Of a stretch of 64,000 nucleotides of DNA, positions 27,011 through 36,219 are shown piece after piece (positions within the stretch are counted from its first letter, which is position 1; each line of letters begins with the position of its first letter). Below the pieces are notes generated by a model. The model was not told the origin of the DNA. It did not search any database and saw only the letters and a list, made by a program, of their open reading frames with translations. The stretch comes from Minisyncoccota bacterium (lineage in GTDB: Bacteria > Patescibacteriota > Minisyncoccia > Moranbacterales > GCA-2747515), in assembly GCA_937936355.1 (NCBI GenBank), contig CALDDM010000005.1:10336-74335 (forward strand), in the 5' to 3' direction. Position numbers and translations under genes: made by a program.

Positions 27011-27799
27011 TTACTCCTGACTTTTCCGCAGCCTTATCACGCCACACACAGACTCACAAAAAAATACAATCAGACCAGCGAGAGCGCCATAAGCATGGGC
27101 CCATTTTCCAATTATTTTACCAGAAGCTGTTTGCTGTGAATCAGGTGTTGGCAATCCATAGAACAGACCCTTAAATGCATCTGCAAGTACAGATAGATCT
27201 AGCTCGTTTCCAGGCATGCCATTATGTATCACATCTTGATAGACGACAAACAAAACAAAAGTGATGATCATGATAGACACCTTCTTGCGAAGCAAAGACC
27301 TTTTCACCTCTATGTATTGACTGGTCTTTAGCGCAATGTATAGCTCAAGGTTAAAAACAACCTTCAGCGGTATATAGACAAAAAGTCCAAATATCACAGC
27401 ACTCGCACCAACTATAACCACATTGGAATATCCCCACCAGATAAATGTCCCCGACATGAGTGCAATCCACAACAAGACTCTCTTGAAGTCGTTGGAAACA
27501 TATCCAAGCAGAACCAATAAGCTAAACAGAAATGGCACATTGCCATAAAAGTGCGACTGCTCATCATGAGCAAAATGCATCAAGAAAATGCCAGGCACAC
27601 CCCCAAAAAAATCACGTGATACTAAGTAGAAAATCTTAAAAAATCCCTCGTAACCCCCAGTTGATTCGAGCAGCTTGAATACAACAAACATTATGCCGAT
27701 CAGAACTGCTTTTGCATAGATTTCCTCATCATCCACCACGCCCTTGAATGACATGGCTTGTAGTTGAGCCGTACCACTATCTGTACTTTTATAGTTCAC
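27011..27799 (-). CDS. rhomboid family intramembrane serine protease
   Basis: FAHDEQSHFYGN matches rhomboid FxHxxxxHxxxN. GASAVIFG matches the GxSxxxxG catalytic Ser motif. AHAYGALAG matches the catalytic His HxxGxxxG motif. Six or more TM segments. GTG start with GGGGTG Shine-Dalgarno. Confidence 0.75.
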   Translation of the reverse strand: MNYKSTDSGTAQLQAMSFKGVVDDEEIYAKAVLIGIMFVVFKLLESTGGYEGFFKIFYLVSRDFFGGVPGIFLMHFAHDEQSHFYGNVPFLFSLLVLLGYVSNDFKRVLLWIALMSGTFIWWGYSNVVIVGASAVIFGLFVYIPLKVVFNLELYIALKTSQYIEVKRSLLRKKVSIMIITFVLFVVYQDVIHNGMPGNELDLSVLADAFKGLFYGLPTPDSQQTASGKIIGKWAHAYGALAGLIVFFCESVCGVIRLRKSQE

Positions 27800-27860
27800 T
27801 ATCTTGTCACCCCTTGTAAGTAGCTGTAAACGATCAGAATGTTAGAAAAACTAACATCTC

Positions 27861-27889
27861 ATATTATCATAAAAATAACTATTTGTCAA
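27861..27889 (-). promoter_or_regulatory. sigma70-like promoter of the rhomboid gene
   Basis: The minus strand reads TTGACA, 17 nt, TAATAT. Confidence 0.5.
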
Positions 27890-27953
27890 TATATTTTTAA
27901 TATCATAGAATGCACGATAATCTATAAAAAATGATCATGTGTGAGATCCAGCA

Positions 27954-27983
27954 AACAAAAAGCCCCGCGGTAATCGCGAGGCT
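27954..27983 (-). terminator. rho-independent terminator after groEL
   Basis: AGCCTCGCG-attac-CGCGGGGCT hairpin followed by TTTTTG on the minus strand. Confidence 0.6.
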
Positions 27984-28038
27984 TTCTTACTTGCTCTTTT
28001 TTTGCTTGCTCTATAGATTAAGCAGGCCGAGGATTGGA

Positions 28039-29774
<1,736 letters not shown>

Positions 29775-29788
29775 TTACTTCTTCACTT

Positions 29789-29816
29789 ATTGTACTGCTC
29801 TAACAAAAACTGTCAA
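29789..29816 (-). promoter_or_regulatory. sigma70-like promoter of groEL
   Basis: The minus strand reads TTGACA, 16 nt, TACAAT, immediately upstream of CIRCE. Confidence 0.6.
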
Positions 29817-29875
29817 GACTTTACCTATAAAATCCCTCCCTTCATTTTGACCCTGTTGTCAGACCTCATTTTTCG

Positions 29876-30475
29876 TTAGTTATTTAGCATGTTTTTTTCT
29901 AGCATTCTATGTGCGTTTTTCTTTCTGTACACACCAATCATCACAATCGTTGCACAGGCTACGCCACCTATCAGCCAGCCAGCCCATGAAATATACTGAG
30001 CAATTTTCTCAAAGGCAGCACCAAAAAAGTATCCCACACACACCAGAAATGTTGTCCAAAAAATCCCACCCAAGAAGGCGGCTCCTAGAAATTTCTTGAG
30101 TGGCATATGCACCATGCCAGCTACAATAAATGTCGCCAGACATAAGCCTGTTGTAGATTTTGCTGCCAAGACGGCCCTACTCCCATGGCGATGAAAAGTT
30201 TTTTGAACCTTATGGATAAGATCTTCTGATACGCCGATATACCGTCCATACCGCAAAATAAAGGTGCGTCCCCATTGCCTGCCAATGCCATACCATAGCA
30301 CATCCCCCGCGAGGTCACCTACAACAGACAAAGCGAACACCCATCCAAGCGAAAAGTGTCCAAGCGATGCGAGAAAAGCCGCTGCAAGTGTCACAATCGG
30401 CCCCTCGATGATCATCATGAAAAACATGATGACATAACCGTATTCAATCAGAGCGCTTATCAGTTCATTGTTCAT
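29876..30475 (-). CDS. DedA family membrane protein
   Basis: Motifs MIIEGPIVTLAAAF and GRQWGRTFILRYGRY are typical of DedA. Start at ATG 30475 (MNNELIS). The ORF track extends to 30517. Confidence 0.7.
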   Translation of the reverse strand: MNNELISALIEYGYVIMFFMMIIEGPIVTLAAAFLASLGHFSLGWVFALSVVGDLAGDVLWYGIGRQWGRTFILRYGRYIGVSEDLIHKVQKTFHRHGSRAVLAAKSTTGLCLATFIVAGMVHMPLKKFLGAAFLGGIFWTTFLVCVGYFFGAAFEKIAQYISWAGWLIGGVACATIVMIGVYRKKNAHRMLEKNMLNN

Positions 30476-30626
30476 CCACCTATTGTAGCAAAAAATACCA
30501 CACTTCACCGCGCTCACTCCTTATCGTTTACCAACTACAGAGCAGATGCTATACTAGGCACACATAATTCATTACACTTGTGTTGCTGGTAGTTCACATA
30601 TCAGTTTCACGTTACGTACCCACCCT

Positions 30627-31382
30627 ATGATTCAGCTACAAGATTTTACCGTCAAAGTCGCCGAGGAAGGCGTCCGTAAAACCATCCTGAGTGATGTAAA
30701 CTTCACATTTAAGCCGGGACACATCTACGCAGTCATGGGCCCAAATGGTTCTGGCAAATCAACGCTTGCGCGCACCATCATGGGTGATCCTGCATTCAAA
30801 CTTGCGAGCAAGTCCAAGCTCATGCTCACAGAAGAAGAAAAGAAGCGTAACATCAAAAACCTTGCTCCTAATGAGCGGGCAGGACATGGCATCTTTCTCT
30901 CAATGCAATCCCCTTTAGAAATACCTGGCGTGACAGTATTTGGTCTTTTGCGAGCCGCTACCAAGGATCGCTCAGATTTTGCAGACGTTTCAGCGCGCGA
31001 TCTCAAAAAACGTATCGATGTCATCGCTGGAGAACTCAACATTCCAGAAGAGCTTCTCAAGCGATCTCTCAATGAAGGCTTAAGTGGAGGTGAGCGAAAG
31101 AAGATAGAAGTTTTACAGATGGCAATCCTTGATCCGCGCTATATCCTTCTCGATGAGATTGATACTGGTGTAGATGTTGATGCCCTCAAGACGATTGCGT
31201 CTTTCTTGAAGAAGTTTATCAAAAATACAGATAAAACGATCATCATGATCACACACTATAATCGTATCTTGAAATACCTAAAACCCGATGAGACAATCAT
31301 TATCAAAGAAGGTACAGTTGCTGCGACGGGTGATGCGACACTTGCCAAAAGAATTGAGAAAGAAGGCTTTGAGAAAATCTAA
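30627..31382 (+). CDS. sufC: Fe-S cluster assembly ATPase SufC
   Basis: Walker A GPNGSGKST, ABC signature LSGGERKK, Walker B ILLDEIDTG and H-loop ITHY. Confidence 0.9.
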   Translation: MIQLQDFTVKVAEEGVRKTILSDVNFTFKPGHIYAVMGPNGSGKSTLARTIMGDPAFKLASKSKLMLTEEEKKRNIKNLAPNERAGHGIFLSMQSPLEIPGVTVFGLLRAATKDRSDFADVSARDLKKRIDVIAGELNIPEELLKRSLNEGLSGGERKKIEVLQMAILDPRYILLDEIDTGVDVDALKTIASFLKKFIKNTDKTIIMITHYNRILKYLKPDETIIIKEGTVAATGDATLAKRIEKEGFEKI

Positions 31383-31418
31383 TTCTACTGCAACCGCAAA
31401 TAACCTCAGTAGATTTTG

Positions 31419-31446
31419 CCGCTAGCGCTGAGCTAGTGGTTTTTTA
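31419..31446 (+). terminator. rho-independent terminator after sufC
   Basis: CCGCTAGC-gctga-GCTAGTGG followed by TTTTTT. Confidence 0.55.
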
Positions 31447-31458
31447 TTAGTCACCTCC

Positions 31459-31863
31459 TTATTGTGCACCGAAGGAATTTTTTATAATTTTTTCTAAGAC
31501 TTTCGCATCAACCTTCTCAAAATCTGTGATGTAAATACAACTCACAGAAGACCGCACATTACCGAGTTGCGCAACCAATTTCTTGAAGTCTTTGGTGCAT
31601 GGCACACTGTAGATTACTAGCGCAGATTTTCGTGGTGAAAAACCAACTGCAAACCATTCATATTTCTTCCCAGTTGAACGTTTATACGTGTATGTCCCAA
31701 ATCCAACAATACTCTCACCCCATATCACACCCTTCTCACCCGTGATTTTCTTCATCAGATCATAAACCATCTGTGCGTCACGACGCCGACGATCATTCCC
31801 CACTTCTGCGATGAGTTTTGTGATGCTCCTGTTCTTGTTGGGCTTCGTTTTTAAATCAGACAT
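31459..31863 (-). CDS. DUF1801 domain protein
   Basis: 134 aa. The pattern WGESIVGFGTYTYKRSTGKKYEWFAVGFSPRKSALVIY matches the conserved core of DUF1801 (YdhG-like) proteins. Confidence 0.65.
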   Translation of the reverse strand: MSDLKTKPNKNRSITKLIAEVGNDRRRRDAQMVYDLMKKITGEKGVIWGESIVGFGTYTYKRSTGKKYEWFAVGFSPRKSALVIYSVPCTKDFKKLVAQLGNVRSSVSCIYITDFEKVDAKVLEKIIKNSFGAQ

Positions 31864-31981
31864 ATGTATTTTCTTTAATCCTCATAGATTTATTATGCCA
31901 CATCCTCACACCTTGTAGATTCTGGATAAAGAACTTAATACGTGATAAAATGCTTCTACTCATTCCTTTTAGCACTACCGT

Positions 31982-33385
31982 ATGCCACCACGACTTGATA
32001 CGACCAAGCTGACACCGGATAAGCATAGCTTTGCAATGCCAGAGGTTTTTGACGTGAAAACAGATCGCGGCCTTAATCGAGAAACTGTTGAGGCCATCTC
32101 TTCCTACAAGAAAGAGAAGGCATGGATTCGTAATTTCCGCCTGAAAGCATATGACACATTCCTGGAAAAAGAGATGCCGCAATGGGGCGCAGATCTCAGC
32201 ATGATTGACTTTGATGATATCGTCTACTTCCTCCGCGCCACCAAAGAACAAGGGCGGTCATGGGAGGATCTTCCCACAGAAATTAAGGAGACCTATGACC
32301 GTATCGGCGTCCCAGAGCATGAAAAAAATTGGCTTGCAGGCGTTAGCGCTCAATACGAAAGTGAGGTTGTCTATGAAAGTGTACAGAAAGAGCTCACCAA
32401 ACAAGGTGTTATTTTTTGTGATATGGACACGGCAGTCAAGAAGTATCCAAAGCTTGTCAAAGAATACTTTGCGACGGTCATACCAGCAAGTGACAATAAG
32501 TTTGCGGCTCTTAATAGCGCTGTATGGAGTGGTGGCTCATTTGTTTACGTGCCCAAAGGTGTTACCGTATCCATGCCTCTACAAGCATACTTCCGCATCA
32601 ACACAGAACGCTTTGGTCAGTTTGAGAGAACGCTCATTATCGCAGAGGAAGGCAGCAATGTACATTATATGGAGGGCTGCACAGCACCAATTTACTCGAC
32701 GAATTCCCTTCATAGTGCTGTTGTAGAGGTTATTGCCAAAAAAGGTGCAACTGTTCGCTACACAACAGTGCAAAATTGGAGTACCAATATTTATAACCTC
32801 GTTACCAAAAGAGCAATCGCACATGAAGATGCTCGTGTAGAGTGGGTTGATTGCAATATTGGATCTGGGGTTACGATGAAATATCCAGCAGTTCATCTCG
32901 TTGGAAAGGGCGCATCTGGCGAAGTGCTCTCCATCGCTATGGCTGGCAAAAACCAAGTACAAGATGCAGGTAGTAAAATGCTGCACTTGGCACCCAATAC
33001 GACATCTCGCGTCATTTCCAAATCGATTGCAATGAATACTGGCACCAGTAGCTACCGAGGCCTTGTGCATATCGCACCGGGAGCTCATGGATCCAAAAGC
33101 TATGTGCAATGTGATGCTCTTCTACTAGATGATGTTTCTGAGTCAGATACATTTCCGACGATCACCGTCCAAGAGAAAGAGACACAAACCGAGCATGAGG
33201 CAAGTGTTGAAAAAATCGATGAGGCCAAGCTCTTTACACTAATGAGTCGCGGTCTCAATGAAGCCCAGGCACGTGGTATGATCGTCAATGGGTTCATTGA
33301 TGAGGTCACCAAAGAAATCCCTCTCGAATACTCACTCGAGCTTTATCGTCTTGTGAATATGGAAATGGAAGATAGTATCGGCTAG
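31982..33385 (+). CDS. sufB: Fe-S cluster assembly scaffold SufB
   Basis: 467 aa. SufB signature regions GGSFVYVPKGV, MEGCTAP and TKRAIAHEDARVEW. Confidence 0.9.
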   Translation: MPPRLDTTKLTPDKHSFAMPEVFDVKTDRGLNRETVEAISSYKKEKAWIRNFRLKAYDTFLEKEMPQWGADLSMIDFDDIVYFLRATKEQGRSWEDLPTEIKETYDRIGVPEHEKNWLAGVSAQYESEVVYESVQKELTKQGVIFCDMDTAVKKYPKLVKEYFATVIPASDNKFAALNSAVWSGGSFVYVPKGVTVSMPLQAYFRINTERFGQFERTLIIAEEGSNVHYMEGCTAPIYSTNSLHSAVVEVIAKKGATVRYTTVQNWSTNIYNLVTKRAIAHEDARVEWVDCNIGSGVTMKYPAVHLVGKGASGEVLSIAMAGKNQVQDAGSKMLHLAPNTTSRVISKSIAMNTGTSSYRGLVHIAPGAHGSKSYVQCDALLLDDVSESDTFPTITVQEKETQTEHEASVEKIDEAKLFTLMSRGLNEAQARGMIVNGFIDEVTKEIPLEYSLELYRLVNMEMEDSIG

Positions 33386-33435
33386 AAGAATAATGCTGAT
33401 TAGAAGTTATATCACAGAAATCACATATCACTGCA

Positions 33436-34008
33436 ATGCACTACCACAATATCACAAATAGCAAGAAAAAAAACTTTCGCATCACCTCTCCAGGTGTGCA
33501 TGTTTATTATTTTACAAATATCTCTGCAGAATTTTCTTTTACTGTTGCCCATGAAAAGGCAGAGGTCTATGTATATGGTCTCTATACTGGCAAGGACCAG
33601 GATATCTATAGACTTACCACAAAACAAAAACATACAGCTCCAGGTGCGCAAAGTCACATCATGATTAAGGGCGTTTTTAATGACGCATCACGTTTTTATT
33701 ACGAAGGCATGATTCACCTCATCAAGAAAGCAACCAGAACTGATGCCTCACTAGAAAGCCGCAACATCCTCCTCTCAGACCATGCACATGTCACGGCACG
33801 ACCTCAACTAGAAATTCTTCCTGCGGATGTGCGATGCACTCACGCAGCAACTATTGCGCACATTAACAAAGAGCATACTGACTTCCTTATGTCCCGTGGC
33901 CTCAGTATAGAAAATGCACAAAACCTCCTTGTTCATGGCTTCCTTGAGGACCTCCGCACGCAATTACAAGAAAAAGTACCAAAAGCAGATTGCACATTCA
34001 CGCTCTAG
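33436..34008 (+). CDS. sufD: short SufD-like protein (beta-helix core and C-terminus only)
   Basis: 190 aa. RPQLEILPADVRCTHAATIAHINKEHTDFLMSRGLS matches the SufB/D C-terminal signature. About half the usual SufD length. Confidence 0.7.
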   Translation: MHYHNITNSKKKNFRITSPGVHVYYFTNISAEFSFTVAHEKAEVYVYGLYTGKDQDIYRLTTKQKHTAPGAQSHIMIKGVFNDASRFYYEGMIHLIKKATRTDASLESRNILLSDHAHVTARPQLEILPADVRCTHAATIAHINKEHTDFLMSRGLSIENAQNLLVHGFLEDLRTQLQEKVPKADCTFTL

Positions 34009-34031
34009 CTATTTCAGTATAAAGCTAAGAT

Positions 34032-34064
34032 AAAACACTCAACTTTACAAAAGTTGAGTGTTTT
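34032..34064 (+). terminator. rho-independent terminator after sufD
   Basis: AAAACACTCAACTT-tacaa-AAGTTGAGTGTTTT. Confidence 0.7.
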
Positions 34065-34250
34065 AGTAAGAACTTCTTTGTGATAATATGCAGTAGATTT
34101 TACTACCGAGTCACACACTTAATTGTGGAATTTCTTTGGCGACATAGGATGAAGAGTCATTCATTCTTGCAACGCGTTCAACAGGCAACCCTACCTTAGC
34201 TAGGTCAAACTCTTCAAAAGATTTACCGATACTCCACACAACAAGAAATG

Positions 34251-34281
34251 AAAAAAAACTCCGCATATGCGGAGTTTTTTT
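34251..34281. terminator. bidirectional terminator
   Basis: A8-CTCCGC-atat-GCGGAG-T7. The same stem sequence recurs at 63401-63416. Confidence 0.7.
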
Positions 34282-34313
34282 GAGATGAAACTAAAGTTAA
34301 ACGATTTGTTTAT

Positions 34314-34763
34314 TTAGTTTGCAGAATGTCCATCTGCATCCATCATTTTTTCACCAGTCTTTTCCATAGCATCACCAGTTGCTTCCATAGCTTCACCGGT
34401 CTTGTCCATTGCTGCACCTGCAGCGTCTACTGCTGTGTCAGCTACTGCTCCAGCAGCGTCTCCTGCTACATCAGCTGTCGCTTCCATCGCGTCTCCCGCT
34501 GTATCTACTACCGCTCCAGCAACATCACCAGTTGCTTCTACAGCGTCTCCTGCTACATCAGCTACACCACCAGCTACATCAGCTGTTGTGTCCATTGCTG
34601 CACCTGCAGCGTCTCCTGCTACATCAGCTGTTGCCTCTACAGCGTCTCCCGCTGTCTCAACAACTGCTCCAGCAGCGTCTCCTGCTACATCTGCAGCCTG
34701 ATCAACTGCACCACAGCCAGCCAAGACAACGACTGTCAAAAGAGCCATAAATGACTTCTTCAT
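34314..34763 (-). CDS. repetitive acidic Ala/Asp/Gly/Val-rich lipoprotein
   Basis: Signal peptide with lipobox LAGC. The mature part is almost entirely degenerate repeats of ADVAGDAAGAVVxTAGDAVEAT. Both plus- and minus-strand frames are open here because of the repeat composition. Confidence 0.6.
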   Translation of the reverse strand: MKKSFMALLTVVVLAGCGAVDQAADVAGDAAGAVVETAGDAVEATADVAGDAAGAAMDTTADVAGGVADVAGDAVEATGDVAGAVVDTAGDAMEATADVAGDAAGAVADTAVDAAGAAMDKTGEAMEATGDAMEKTGEKMMDADGHSAN

Positions 34764-34853
34764 ATTTTTTTCTCTAACGATTTAATGGCATAATCATACC
34801 ATACTCGACACAAAAAGTACAATTGTAATTCTCACCGCCTTCATATCGCTCAC

Positions 34854-36092
34854 CTAGCGGAAGAGGTCAGTGAAATTCCCATATCCTTGTGCCTCTAGCT
34901 CTGATACAGGCACAAAACGCAGTGCCGCGCTATTCATGCAGTGTCGAATCCGATCATTCCATTCTGGTCCATCTAATATGATATGCCCGATGTGATTATC
35001 AGCGATTGCACTGCGAATTTCTGTCCGCACCTCCCACGGCAGTTTCCGGTCTTCATGTTCCGTCACAACACCCTCTGCAATTGGTTTATAAAAGCTTGGC
35101 CAGCCTGTGCCAGAATCATACTTATCTTTTGAGGAGTATAGCGGTTCTCCAGAAATAATGTCCACATAAATACCTGGTTCCTTGTTATCCCAGTATGGGT
35201 TGTGAAAAGGTCTTTCTGTACCCTCGTGACGCGTTACTTTGTACTGCACATCAGTTAATTTCTCACGCATCTCGTCGTCGGAAGGTTCTTTGTAGTTTGT
35301 ATAGTCAAGTGAAAAAACGGGTTTGTCTCGTCCTTCTATATAGTATGGATTTTTTTTCTTGCTCATTTGCTTGTTTTTCATCAGATCTTTTTTTGCCATA
35401 TTGCCGCCTGCATGCGCTTGTGCTCTTACAAGCTCGTTACCCCACACGTCCTCGACATATCGATCTCTCCCAGATGCACCACGGTATATCTTATAGCGTG
35501 ATGGATTTTTCAGATAGTAATCTTGATGGTAGTCTTCTGCTACGTAAAAGATCTTCTCTTGCTCAATAATCGTTTCGATTGGTGCGCCTAAATTCGACTC
35601 ATTACTAAGATCGCGAATCGACCCCTCAATGATGTCTTTTTGCAAGGTGTCTTTGTAGTATACAGCGCTTGCATACTGTGGACCGCGATCACCAAATGAG
35701 CCCCCTGCATCACGTGGATCATGATGACGCCAAAAAACATCTAGTAGCTGTTTGTATTTTACTATGTCAGGATCATAGTAGACTTGCACTGCCTCGCGGT
35801 GTCCGGTGGTACCCGTATTAGACTCTTCATATGTTGGATTTACTGTGTGCCCACCTGTGTAGCCACTAATCGCCTCAATCACTCCATCTGTTTTTTCAAA
35901 ATCTGCTTCCGTACACCAAAAGCATCCGCCAGAAAAAATTGCTGTTTCGTAGGAACTCAAATCAAGATCCCTCTTCTCCTGTAGTGTCACATCCTTGGTT
36001 CCAGAAAACTTAGAAGCAAACTCACTGTATAGTGTGAATGTCACAAGGCCACCAAGTATCCCCAGAACGAGATATGCCGCTTTTCTCTTCAT
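34854..36092 (-). CDS. msrAB: membrane-anchored bifunctional methionine sulfoxide reductase MsrA-MsrB
   Basis: N-terminal TM helix, MsrA motif GGCFWCTEADF, and MsrB motifs GTGWPSF and RHCMNSAALRF. Confidence 0.85.
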   Translation of the reverse strand: MKRKAAYLVLGILGGLVTFTLYSEFASKFSGTKDVTLQEKRDLDLSSYETAIFSGGCFWCTEADFEKTDGVIEAISGYTGGHTVNPTYEESNTGTTGHREAVQVYYDPDIVKYKQLLDVFWRHHDPRDAGGSFGDRGPQYASAVYYKDTLQKDIIEGSIRDLSNESNLGAPIETIIEQEKIFYVAEDYHQDYYLKNPSRYKIYRGASGRDRYVEDVWGNELVRAQAHAGGNMAKKDLMKNKQMSKKKNPYYIEGRDKPVFSLDYTNYKEPSDDEMREKLTDVQYKVTRHEGTERPFHNPYWDNKEPGIYVDIISGEPLYSSKDKYDSGTGWPSFYKPIAEGVVTEHEDRKLPWEVRTEIRSAIADNHIGHIILDGPEWNDRIRHCMNSAALRFVPVSELEAQGYGNFTDLFR

Positions 36093-36144
36093 AAAATAAT
36101 ACTTACTATATCAATATACATATTTTAGCAATATCACCTCATAA

Positions 36145-36162
36145 TGTAAAGTCTACTTTACA
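36145..36162. promoter_or_regulatory. palindrome TGTAAAG-TCTA-CTTTACA in the msrAB/sufS divergent region
   Basis: Read directly. On the minus strand it is followed by 17 nt and TAAAT-type -10 (TAAAAT at 36127-36122). Confidence 0.5.
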
Positions 36163-36181
36163 AATTCATCATCATCTTCCA

Positions 36182-36210
36182 TTGACAGGAGGTGTTATGC
36201 GCAATATAGT
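36182..36210 (+). promoter_or_regulatory. sigma70-like promoter of sufS
   Basis: TTGACA, 17 nt, TATAGT, ending only 9 nt before the sufS ATG. This implies a near-leaderless transcript if correct. Confidence 0.4.
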
Positions 36211-36219
36211 GCACTATAT

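Noticed and set aside
27884-27925. A plus-strand promoter-like sequence (TTGTCA-17-TAGAAT) pointing antisense into the groEL 3-prime end, with a 78-aa ORF at 27931-28167.
   Set aside because: The ORF is low-complexity and overlaps the groEL terminator and coding region. The same TGTCAA is better explained as the -35 of the minus-strand rhomboid promoter.
29811-29825. A fifth full member of the TGTMAAR-N4-CTTTACA motif at the groEL promoter (TGTCAAG-A-CTTTACC).
   Set aside because: The spacing is 1 nt instead of 4 and the right half is imperfect. It shows that TGTAAAG-like sequence can accompany -35 boxes generally. It is kept only as a caveat.
34100-34250. A short minus-strand frame (about 42 codons, ...SIGKSFEEFDLAKVGLPVERVARMNDSSSYVAKEIPQLSV) in the sufD-lipoprotein spacer.
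   Set aside because: It begins immediately after a strong bidirectional terminator. It has no ATG with a Shine-Dalgarno at its 5-prime end. It is at most a gene remnant.
34326-34754. Three plus-strand ORFs (142, 99 and 113 aa) covering the repetitive lipoprotein gene.
   Set aside because: These frames are open only because the GC-rich repeat lacks stop codons. Only the minus-strand frame has a signal peptide with a lipobox, a start context and a terminator.
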